From Octopus bimaculoides (lineage: Eukaryota), in contig NC_069006.1 in NCBI RefSeq assembly GCF_001194135.2, positions 23,844,344-23,877,071 of the forward strand: a stretch of DNA of 32,728 nucleotides. The letters run 5' to 3'. The notes below the pieces were generated by a model. It made no database searches. It worked only from the letters and a program-made list of their open reading frames with translations, and was not told the origin of the DNA. The position numbers were made by a program, and so were the translations under genes. Positions 11,359 through 23,605 of the stretch are shown here, one piece after another. The stretch's first letter is position 1, and the number at the start of each line of letters is the position of its first letter.

Positions 11359-14300
11359 GTACTACAAACGAACCAACGTACGTACGTACGAACGAACGAA
11401 CGTACGTACGTACGAACTAACGAACGAGCGTACTTACGTACGTACGAATGAAGTGACGAACGAAAGAATTAACGAACGAACGAACGAACGAACGTACGTA
11501 CGTATGTACGAAAGTACGTACGTATGTACGTAGGTACGAACGAACGAACGTACGAACGAACGAACGTACGTACATACGAACGAATGAACGAATGATTTAA
11601 CGAACAAACGTACGTACGTACGAAGAAACGTACATAAGAACGAACTACGTACATGCATACGTACGTACGAACGAACGTACGCACGTACGCACGAACGAAC
11701 GTACGCACGTACGCACGAACGAACTAACGAACGAGCGTACTTACGTACGTACGAATGAAGTAACGAACGAAAGAATCGACGAACAAACGAAAGAATTAAC
11801 GAACGAACGAACGAACGATCGTACGTACGAACAAACGAAAGAACGATCGTACGTACGAACAAACGAACGAACGAAGGAACGTACGTAGCACGAACGAACG
11901 TACGTACGAAGGAACGAATAAACGAACTAACGAACAAATGAACGTACGTACGCACGAAGGAAGCAACGAACGAACAAACGAACGAACGAATGAACGAACG
12001 TAAGTACGAACGAACGTAAGTACGAACGAACGTACGTACGAACGAATGATCGGACGAACGAACGTACGTACGTACGCAGGCACGAAATAACAAAAGAACG
12101 TACGTACGAACGAACTTACGTACGTACGGACAAACAAACGAACGTACGTACGCACAAACGACCGAACAAATGATTTAACGAACAAACGTACGTACATTCG
12201 AATGAACGAACGTACGTACGTACTACGTTCGAACCAACGTACGTACGTACGAAAGAACGAACGTACTACGTATGTACGAACGTACGTACGTATGTACGTA
12301 CGTAAGAACGAACGAACGTACGAACGAACGAGCGCACGTACATACGAACGAAAGAACGAATGATTTAACGAACAAACGGACGTACGTATGAAGGAACGTA
12401 CATACGAACGAACTACGTACATGCGTACGTACGTACGAACGAACGTACGTCGTACGCACATACGTCGTACGCACGTACGAACTAACGAACGAGCGTATTT
12501 ACGTACGTACGAATGAAGTAACGAACGAAAGAATTAACGAACAAACGAAATAATTAACGAACGAACGAACGAACTTATAAATGAACGAACGTACGTACGT
12601 ACGAACGATCAAACGGACGAACGAACGTACGTACAAAGAAATGAAAGAACGTACTACGAATGATCAAACAAACGAACGAAAGAACGAGCGTACATACGTA
12701 CGAACGAACGAACGTACGTAGTACGAACGAACATACGTAGTACGAACGAACGTAAGTAGTACGAACGTACGTCGTACGAACGTACTTACGTAGTACGAAC
12801 GAACGTACGAATGAAGTAACGAACGAAAGAATTAACGAACGAACGAACGAACGAACGTACGTACGTATGTACGAACGTACGTACGTATGTACGAACGTAC
12901 GTACGTACGTATGTACGAACGTACGTACGCATGTACGTAGGTACGAACGTACGAACGAACGAACGAACGAACTACGTACATGCGTATTTACGAACGAACG
13001 TACGCACGTACGCACGTACGAACTAACGAACTAGCGTACTTACGTACGTACGAATGAAGTAACGAACGAAAGAATCAACGAACAAACGAAAGAATTAACG
13101 AACGAATAAATGAACAAACGTACGTAAACGAACGAACGTACCTACGAACGAAAGACGAACGAACGCACGTACGTACGAACGAACGAAAGTACGAACGAAC
13201 TAACGTTCGTACATACGAACGAATGATTTAACGAACAGACGTACGTACGTATGAAGGAACGTACATACGAACGAACTACGTACATGCGTACGTACGAACG
13301 AACGAACGTACATACGTACGAACTAACGAACGAGCGTACTTACGTACGTACGAATGAAGTAACGAACGAAAGAATTAACGAACGAACGAAAGAATTAAGG
13401 AACGAACGAACGAACGAACGAACGAATGATTGAACGAACGTACGTACGTACGAACGATCCAACGGACGAACGAACGAAAGTACGTACGTATGTACGAACG
13501 TACGTACGTATGAACGTAGGTACGAACGAACGAACGTACGAACGAACGAACGTACGTACATAGGAACGAATGAACGAATGATTTATCGAACAAACGTACG
13601 TACGTACGAAGGAACGTACATACGAACGAACTACGTACATGCGTACGTACGAGCGAACGAACGTACATATGTACGAACTAACGAACGAGCGTACTTACGT
13701 ACGTACGAATGCAGTAACGAACGAAAGAATTAACGAACGAACGAAAGAATTGACGAATGAACGAACGAACGAAAGAACGTACATACGAACGAACTACGTA
13801 CATGCGTACGTACGTACGAACGAACGAGCGTACTTACGTACGTACGAATGAAGTAACGAACGGAAGAATTAACGAACAAACGAAAGAATTAACGAGCGAA
13901 CGAACGAACGAATAAATGAACGAACGTACGTACGTACGAACGATCCAACGGACGAACGAACGAACGTACGTACAAACAAACGAAAGAACGTACGTAGTAC
14001 GAACGTACGTAGCACGAACGTACGTACGAATGAGCTAAGGAACGAACGTACGTAACTACGTAGGCACGAAATAACGTAAGTACGTACGTACGAACGAACG
14101 TACGTAAACGAACGTACGTACGTACGTACGAACGAACGAACGTACTTACGAACGAACGACGAACGAAGGTACGTACGACGAACGAACGAACGTACGTACA
14201 TACGAACGAATGAACGCATGATTTAACGAACAAGCGTACGTACGTACATACGAACGAATGAACGAATGATTTAACGAACAAACGTACGTACGTACGAAGG

Positions 14301-16130
14301 AACGTACATACGAACGAACTGCGTACATGCGTACGTACGTACGAACGATCCAATGGAGGAACGAACGAACGTACGTACGTATGTACGAACGTACGTACGT
14401 ATGTACGTAGGTACGAACGAAGGAACGTAAGAACGAACGAACGTACGTACATACGAAGAAATGAACGAATGATTTAACAAACAAACGTACGTACGTACTA
14501 AGTAACGTACATACGAACGAACTACGTACATGCGTACGTACGAACGAACGTACATACGTACGAACTAACGAACGAGCGTACTTACGTACGTACGAATGAA
14601 GTAACGAACGAAAGAATTAACGAACGAACGAAAGAATTAACGAACGAACGAACGAACGAACGAACGAACGAATGAATGAACGAACGTACGTACGTACGAA
14701 CGATCCACGGACGATCGAACGAACGTACGTACGTATGTACGAACGTACGTACGTATGTACGTAGGTACGAACGAAGGAACGTAAGAACGAACGAACGTAC
14801 GTACATAGGAACGAATGAACGAATGATTTAACGAACAAACGTACGTACGTACGAAGGAACGTACATACGAACGAACTACGTACATGCGTACGAACGAAAG
14901 AATTAACGAACGAACGAACGAACGAACGAACGAACGAACGAACGAACGAACGAATGAATGAACAAACGTACGTACGTACGAACGATCCAACTGACGACCG
15001 AACGAACGTACGTACGTATGTGCGTAGGTACGAAGGAACGAACGTACGAACGAACGAACGTACGAACGAACGAACGTACGTACATACGATCGAATGAACG
15101 AATGATTTAACGAACAAACGTACGTACGAAGGAACGTACATAGGAACGAACTACGTACATGCGTACGTACGAACTAACGAACGAGCGTACTTACGTACGT
15201 ACGAATGAAGTAATGAACAAAAGAATTAACGAACAAACGAAAGAATTAACGAGCAAACGAACGAACGAATAAATGAGCGAACGTACGTATGTACGATCGA
15301 TCAAACGGACGAACGAACGAACGTACGTACAAACAAACAAACGAACGTAAGTAGCACGAACGTACGTACAAACGAACTAACGAACGAACGTACGTAACTA
15401 CGTAGGCACGAAATAACGTAAGAACTACGTACGAACGAACGAACGTACGAACGAACGAATGTACTTACGAACGAACGACGAACGAAGGTACGTACTACGA
15501 ACGAACCAACGTACGTGCGTACGAACGAACGTACGTACGTATGTACGAACGTACCAATGTATGTACGTAGGTACGAACAAACGAACGTACGAACGAACGA
15601 ACGTACGTACATACGAACGAATGAACGCATGATTAAACGTACAAACGTACGTACGTACATATGAACGAATGTACGAATGATTTAACGAACAAACGTACGT
15701 ACGTACGAAGGAACGTACATACGAACTACGTACATGCGTAAGTACGAACGAACGAACGTACATACGTACGAACTAACGAACGAGCGTACTTACGTACGTA
15801 CGAATGAAGTAACGAACGAAAGAATTAACGAACGAACGAAAGAATTAACGAACGAACGAACGAACGAACGAACGAACGAAAGAATGAACGAACGTACGTA
15901 CGTACGAACGATCCAACTGACGAACGAACGAACTACGTACGTATGTACGAACGTACGTACGTATGTACATAGGTACGAACGAACGAACGTACGAACGAAC
16001 GAACGTACGTACATACGAACGAATGAACGAATGATTTAACGAACAAACGTACGTACGTACGAAGGAACGTACATACGAACGTACGTACGTATGTACGTAG
16101 GTACGAACGAACGAACGTACGCACGTACGC

Positions 16131-16304
16131 ACGTACGAACTAACGAACGAGCGTACTTACGTACGTCCGAATGAAGTAACGAACGAAAGAATTAACGAAC
16201 AGACGAAAGAATTAACGAGCGAATTCTTTCATTCGTTCGTTAATTCTTTTGTTCGTTACTTCATTCGTACGTACGTACGTACGCTCGTTCGTTAGTTCCT
16301 ACGT
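16131..16304. repeat. Quasi-palindrome at the central orientation switch: 83-bp arms, 8-nt spacer
   Basis: 16131-16213 aligns ungapped to the reverse complement of 16222-16304 at 76/83 positions; spacer AACGAGCG at 16214-16221. Confidence 0.9.
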
Positions 16305-16756
16305 ATGAATGTTCGTTCGTTCGTACGTACGCATGTACGTAGTTCGTTCGTATGTACGTTCCTTCGTACGTACGTACGTTTGTTCGTTAAACCTTTCATT
16401 CATTCGTTCGTATGTACGTACGTTCGTTCGTTCGTACGTTCGTTCGTTCGTACCTACGTCATACGTACGTACGTTCGTACATACGTACGTTCGTACATAT
16501 GTACGTACGTTCGTTCGTTCGTTGGTTCGTTCGTAGTACGTACGTTCGTCGTTTGTTCGTAGGTACGTTCGTTCGTTTGTACGTACGTACGTACGTTCGT
16601 TTACGTACGTTCGTTCTTTCGTATGTACGTTCTTACGTTTTTAGGTGCCTATGTAGTTACGTACGTCCGTTCGTTAGTTCGTTCGTACGTACGTTCGTGC
16701 TACGTACGTTCGTACTACGTACGTTCGTTCGTACTATGTACGTACGTTCGTTCGTT

Positions 16757-17018
16757 NNNNNNNNNNNNNNNNNNNNNNNNNNNNNNNNNNNNNNNNNNNN
16801 NNNNNNNNNNNNNNNNNNNNNNNNNNNNNNNNNNNNNNNNNNNNNNNNNNNNNNNNNNNNNNNNNNNNNNNNNNNNNNNNNNNNNNNNNNNNNNNNNNNN
16901 NNNNNNNNNNNNNNNNNNNNNNNNNNNNNNNNNNNNNNNNNNNNNNNNNNNNNNNNNNNNNNNNNNNNNNNNNNNNNNNNNNNNNNNNNNNNNNNNNNNN
17001 NNNNNNNNNNNNNNNNNN
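16757..17018. other. Assembly gap (262 N) with duplicated flanks
   Basis: N run; 16489-16756 is repeated at 17019-17286. Confidence 0.99.
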
Positions 17019-18420
17019 GTTCGTACATATGTACGTACGTTCGTTCGTTCGTTGGTTCGTTCGTAGTACGTACGTTCGTCGTTTGTTCGTAGGTACGTTC
17101 GTTCGTTTGTACGTACGTACGTACGTTCGTTTACGTACGTTCGTTCTTTCGTATGTACGTTCTTACGTTTTTAGGTGCCTATGTAGTTACGTACGTCCGT
17201 TCGTTAGTTCGTTCGTACGTACGTTCGTGCTACGTACGTTCGTACTACGTACGTTCGTTCGTACTATGTACGTACGTTCGTTCGTTCCTACGTATGTACG
17301 CTCGTTCGTTCCTTCGTTCGATAGTACGTACGTGCGTTCGTTCTTACTTATGTTTGTACGTACGCACGTTCGTTCGTTTGATCATTCGTACGTACGTAAG
17401 TACGCTCGTTCGTTAGTTCGTACGTATGTACGTTCGTTCGTTCGTAGGTACGCATGTAGGTAGTTCGTTCGTATGTACGTTCCTTCGTACGTACGTACGT
17501 TTGTTCATTAAATCATTCGTTCATTCGTTCGCATGTACGTACGTTCGTTCTTTCGTACGTTCGTTCGTTCGTACATACGTACATACGTACGTACGTTCGT
17601 ACATACGTTCGTACATACGTTCGTACGTTCGTTCGTTCGTCAGTTGGATCGTTCGTACGTACGTTCGTTCATTCATTCGTTCGTTCGTTCGTTCGTTCGT
17701 TCGTTAATTCTTTCGTTCGTTCGTTCGTTCGTACGTACGCACGGTCGTTCGTCGTTCGTTCGTAGGTACGTTCGTTCGTTCGTACGTACGTACGTACGTT
17801 CGTTCTTACTTACGTTTGTACGTGCTTTCATTCATTCATTCGTTCGTTCGTTTGTTTGTACGTACGTTCGTTCGTTCGTCCGTTTGATCGTTCGAACGTA
17901 CGTACGTTCGTTCATTTATTCGTTCGTTCGTTCGTCCGTTAATTCTTTCGTTTGTTCGTTAATTCCTTCTTTCGTTACTTCATTCGTACGTACGTAAGTA
18001 CGCTCGTTCGTTAGTTCGTACGTGCCTACGTGAGTACGTTCGTTCGTACGTACGTACGCAAGTACGTAGTTCGTTCCTTCGTACGTACGTACGTTTGTTC
18101 GTTAAATCATTCGTTCATTCGTTCGTATGTACGTACGTTCGTTCGTTCGTCAGTTGGATCGTTCGTACGTACGTTCGTTCATTCATTCGTTCGTTCGTTC
18201 GTTCGTTCTTTCGTTAATTCTTTCGTTCGTTCGTTAATTCTTTCGTTCGTTAATTCGTACGTACGTAAGTACGCTCGTTCCTTAGTTCGTACTTATGTAC
18301 GTTCGTTCGTTCGTACGTACGCATGTACGTAGTTCGTTCGTATGTACGTTCCTTCGTACGTACGTACGTTGTTCGTTAAATCATTCGTTCATTCCTTCGT
18401 ATGTACTTACGTTCGTTCGT

Positions 18421-18430
18421 NNNNNNNNNN
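18421..18430. other. Assembly gap (10 N)
   Basis: N run. Confidence 0.99.
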
Positions 18431-19473
18431 GTACGTTCGTTCGTTCGTCCGTTGGATCGTTCGTACGTACGTACGTTCGTTCATTCATTCGTTCGTTCGA
18501 TCGTTCGTTCGTTCGTTAATTCTTTCGTTCGTTACTTCATTCGTACGTACGTAAGTACGCTCGTTCGTTAGTTCGTACGTATGTACGTTCGTTCGTTCGT
18601 ACGTACGCATGTGCGTAGTTCGTTCGTATGTACGTTCCTTCGTACGTACGTTTGTTTGTTAAATAATTCGTTCATTCGTTCGTATGTACGTACGTTCGTT
18701 CGTTCGTACGTTCCTTCGTTCGTACATACGTACATACGTACGTACGTTCGTACATACTTACGTTCGTTCGTTCGTTCGTGCGTTGGATCGTTCGTACGCA
18801 CGTACGTTCGTTGGTTCATTCGTTCGTTCGTTCGTTCGTTCGTTCGTTCGTTAATTCTTTCGTTCGTTCGTGAATTCTTTCGTTCGTTACTTCATTAGTA
18901 CGTACGTAAGTACGCTCGTTCGTTAGTTCGTACGTATGTACGTTCGTTCGTTCTTTCGTTCGGTCGTTCGTTAATTCTTTCGATCGTTCTTTAATTCTTT
19001 CGTTCGTTACTTCATTCGTACGTATGTAAGTTCCTTCGTACGTACGTTTATTCGTTAAATCATTCGTTCATTCGTTCGTATGTAAGTACGTACGTTTGTT
19101 CGTTAAATCATGCGTTCATTCGTTCGTATGTACGTACGTTCGTTCGTACGTACGTTCGTTTGTTCGTACCTACGTACATACGTACGTACGTTCGTACATA
19201 CGTACGTACGTTCGTTCGTTCGTTCGTTCGTACGTACGTACGTTGGTTCTTTTGTAGTACGTACCTTCGTTCGTTGTTCGTTCGTAAGTACGTTCGTTCG
19301 TTCGTACGTACGTACGTACCTTCGTTTACGGACGTTCGTTCGTTCGTACGTACGTTCGTGCTACGTACGTTCGTTCTTCCGATTGATCGTTCGTAGGCAC
19401 GTATGTTCGTTCATTTATTCGTTCGTTCGTTCGCTCATTAATTCTTTCGTTTGTTCCTTAATTCTTCCGTTCG

Positions 19474-19772
19474 TTACTTCATTGGTACGTACGTAAGTAC
19501 GCTCGTTCGTTAGTTCGTACGTGCGTACGTTCGTTCGTACGTACGTACGCATGTACGTAGTTCGTTTGTATGTACGTTCCTTCGTACGTACGTACGTTTG
19601 CTCGTTAAATCATTCGTTCATTCGTTCGTATGTACGTACGTTCGTTCGTTCTTACCTACGTACATACGTACGTACGTTCGTACATACGTACGTACGTTCG
19701 TTCGGTCCTCAGTTGGATCGTTCGTACGTTCGCTCGTTAATTCTTTCGTTCGTTCGTTAATTCTTTCGTTCG
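19474..19772 (+). repeat. Representative short satellite monomer (299 bp, core to core)
   Basis: Runs from TTACTTCATT at 19474 to the next at 19773; the length equals 74 tetramers plus one TAG trimer. Confidence 0.85.
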
Positions 19773-20180
19773 TTACTTCATTCGCACGTACGTAGGTACG
19801 CTCGTTCGTTAGATCGTACTTATGTACGTTCGTTCGTTCGTACGTACGCATGTACGTAGTTCGTTCGTATGTACGTTCCTTCGTACGTAGGTACGTTTGT
19901 TCGTTAAATCATGTACGTACGTTCGTTCGTTCGTACGTTCCTTCGTTCGTACCTACGTACGTACGTTCGTTCGTTGGTCCGTGGATCGTTCGTACGTGCA
20001 TACCTTCGTTCATTCATTCGTTCGTTCGTTCGTTCGTTCGTTCGTTCGTTAATTCTCTTTCGTTCGTTACTTCATTCGAATGTACGTATGTACGTTCGTA
20101 CGTTTGTTCGTTAAATCATTCGTTCATTCGTTCGTATGTACGTACGTTCGTTCGTTCGTACGTTCGTTCGTTCGTACCTA

Positions 20181-20276
20181 CGTACATACGTACGTACGTT
20201 CGTACATACGTACGTACGTTCGTACATACGTACGTACGTTCGTACATACGTACGTTCGTACATACGTACGTACGTT
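20181..20276 (+). repeat. 20-bp tandem repeat (CGTACATACGTACGTACGTT) x5, one copy 16 bp
   Basis: Units of 20, 20, 20, 16 and 20 bp; local amplification of a monomer sub-element. Confidence 0.88.
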
Positions 20277-22796
20277 CGTTCGTTCGTACGTACGTACGTT
20301 CGTTCATTCATTCGTTCGTTTGTTCGTTCGTTCGTTCGTTAATTCTTTCGTTCGTTACTTCATTCGTACGTACGTAAGTACGCTCCTTCGTTAGTTCGTA
20401 CGTATGTACGTTCGTTCGTTCGTACGTACGCATGTACGTAGTTCTTATGTACGTACCTTCGTACGTACGTACGTTTGTACGTTAAATCATTCGTTCATTC
20501 GTTCGTATGTACGTACGTACGTTTGTTCGTTAAATCATGCGTACATTCGTTCGTTCGTACGTACGTACGTTGGTTCGTTCGTAGTACGTACCTTCGTTCA
20601 TCGTTCGTTCGTAAGTACATTCGTTCGTTCGTACGGACGTACGTACGTTCGTTTACGTCCGTTCGTTCGTACGAACGTTCTTACGTACGTTGTTACGTTA
20701 TTTCGTGCCTACGTAGTTACGTACGTTCGTTCGTTAGTTTGTTCGTTACTTCATTCGGACGTACGCTCGTTCGTTAGTTCGTACGTGCGTACGTTTGTTC
20801 GTACGTACGTACGCATGTACGTAGTTCGTTCGTATGTACGTTCCTTCGTACGCACGTACGTTTGTTCGTTAAATCGTTCGTTCATTCGTTCGTATGTACG
20901 TACGTTCGTTCGTTCGTACGTTCGTTCGTTCGTACCTACGTACATACGTACGTACGTTCGCACATGCGTGCGTACGTTCGTTCGTTCGTCCGTTGGATCG
21001 TTCGTACGTACGTACGTTCGTTCATTCATTCGTTCGTTCGTTCGTTCTTTCGTTCGGTCGTTCGTTAATTCTTTCGATCGTTCTTTAATTCTTTCGTTCG
21101 TTACTTCATTCGTACGTACGTAAGTACGCTAGTTCGTTAGTTCGTACGTATGTACGTTCGTTCGTTCGTACGTACGCATGTACGTAGTTCGTTCGTATGT
21201 ACGTTCCTTCTTACGTACGTACTTTTGTTCGTTAAATCATGCGTTCAATCGTTCGTATGTACGTACGTTCGTTCGTTCGTACGTTCGTTCGTTCGTACCT
21301 ACGTACATACGTACGTACGTTCGTACATACGTACGTACGTTCGTTCGTTCGTAAGTACGTACGTTGGTTCGTTCGTAGCACGTACTTTCGTTCGTAAGTA
21401 CGTTCGTTCGTTCGTACGTACGTACGAACGTTCGTTTACGTACGTTCGTTCGTTCGTACGTACGTGCGTTCGTTCGTTCGTTCGTACGTACGTACGTTCG
21501 TTCATTTATTCGTTCGTTCGTTCGCTCGTTAATACTTTCGTTTGTTCCTTAATTCTTTCGTTCGTTACTTCATTCGTACGTACGTAAGTACGCTCGTTCG
21601 TTAGATCGTACGTGCGTACGTTCGTTCGTACGTACGTACGCATGTACGTAGTTCGTTTGTATGTACGTTCCTTCGTACATACGTACGTTGTTTCGTTAAA
21701 TCATTCGTTCGTATGTACGTACGTTCGTTCGTACGTTCGTTCGTTCGTACCTACGTACATACGTACGTACGTTCGTACATACGTACGTACGTTCGTACAT
21801 ACGTACGTACGTTCGTACATATGTACGTACGTTCGATCGGTCGTCAGTTGGATCGTCCGTACGTACGTACGTTCGTTCATTCATTCGTTCGTTCGTTCAT
21901 TCGTGCGTTAATTCTTTCGTTCGTTCCTTAATTCTTTCGTTCGTTACTTCATTCGTACGTACGTAAGTACGCTCGTTCGTTAGTTCTTACGTATGTTCGT
22001 ACGTTCGTACGTACGCATGTACGTAGTTCGTTCGTATGTACGTTCCTTCGTACGTACGTACGTTTGTTCGTTAAATCATTCGTTCATTCGTTCCTATGTA
22101 CGTACGTTCGTTCGTTCGTACGTTCCTTCGTTCGTACCTACGTACATACGTACGTACGTTCGTTCGTCCGTCCGTGGATCGTTCGTTCGTTCGTACGTAC
22201 GCATGTGCGTAGTTCGTTCGTATGTACGTTCCTTCGTACGTACGTACGTTTGTTTGTTTAATCTTTCGTTCATTTCTTCGCATGTACGTACGTTCGTTCG
22301 TTCGTACGTTCGTTCGTTCGTACCTACGTACAGACGTACGTACGTTCGTACATACGTACGTACGTTCGTCCTTTCGTCCGTTGGATCGTTCGTACGTACG
22401 TACGTTCGTTCATTCATTCGTTCGTTCGTTCGTTCGTTCGTTCGTTAATTCTTTCGTTCGTTACTTCATTCGTACGTACGTAAGTACGCTCCTTCGTTAG
22501 TTCGTACGTATGTACGTTCGTTCGTTCGTACGTACGCATGTACGTAGTTCGTATGTACGTTCCTTCGTACGTACGTACGTTTGTTCGTTAAATCATTCGT
22601 TCATTCGTTCGTATGTACGTACGTACGTTTGTTCGTTAAATCATGCGTTCATTCGTTTGTATGTACGTACGTTCGTTCGTTCGTACGTTCGTTCGTTCGT
22701 ACTTACGTACATACGTATGTACGTTCGTACTTACGTACGTACGTTCGTTCGTTCGTACGTACGTACGTTGGTTCGTTCGTAGTACGTACCTTCGTA

Positions 22797-22910
22797 NNNN
22801 NNNNNNNNNNNNNNNNNNNNNNNNNNNNNNNNNNNNNNNNNNNNNNNNNNNNNNNNNNNNNNNNNNNNNNNNNNNNNNNNNNNNNNNNNNNNNNNNNNNN
22901 NNNNNNNNNN
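22797..22910. other. Assembly gap (114 N) with duplicated flanks
   Basis: N run; 22372-22796 is repeated at 22911-23335 with one mismatch seen. Confidence 0.99.
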
Positions 22911-22999
22911 TTTCGTCCGTTGGATCGTTCGTACGTACGTACGTTCGTTCATTCATTCGTTCGTTCGTTCGTTCGTTCGTTCGTTAATTCTTTCGTTCG

Positions 23000-23605
23000 T
23001 TACTTCATTCGTACGTACGTAAGTACGCTCCTTCGTTAGTTCGTACGTATGTACGTTCGTTCGTTCGTACGTACGCATGTACGTAGTTCGTATGTACGTT
23101 CCTTCGTACGTACGTACGTTTGTTCGTTAAATCATTCGTTCATTCGTTCGTATGTACGTACGTACGTTTTTTCGTTAAATCATGCGTTCATTCGTTTGTA
23201 TGTACGTACGTTCGTTCGTTCGTACGTTCGTTCGTTCGTACTTACGTACATACGTATGTACGTTCGTACTTACGTACGTACGTTCGTTCGTTCGTACGTA
23301 CGTACGTTGGTTCGTTCGTAGTACGTACCTTCGTACATCGTTTGTTCGGAAGTACATTCGTTCGTTCATACGTACGTACGTACGTTCGGTTACGTACGTT
23401 CGTTCGTATGTACGTTCTTACGTAAGTTCTTACGTTATTTCGTGCCTACGTAGTTATGTACGTTCGTTCGTTAGTTCGTTCGTACGTACGTTCGTGCTAC
23501 GTACGTTCGTCCGTTTGATCGTTCGTACGTACGTACGTTCGTTCATTTATTCGTTCGTTCGTTCGCTCGTTAATTCTTTCGTTTGTTCGTTAATTCTTTC
23601 GTTCG
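23000..23605 (+). repeat. Representative long satellite monomer (606 bp) carrying the optional TTGGTTCG...TTATTTCGTGCCTACG module
   Basis: Core at 23000 to the next core at 23606; includes a tandem TTAAATCA duplication and the long module. Confidence 0.8.

Larger units (their letters stand above)
5529..16221 (-). repeat. Satellite orientation block 4 (~10.7 kb, CGAA on + strand)
   Basis: A-rich AACG/TACG tetramers; the reverse-complement core GAATGAAGTAA recurs about 20 times. Confidence 0.95.
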
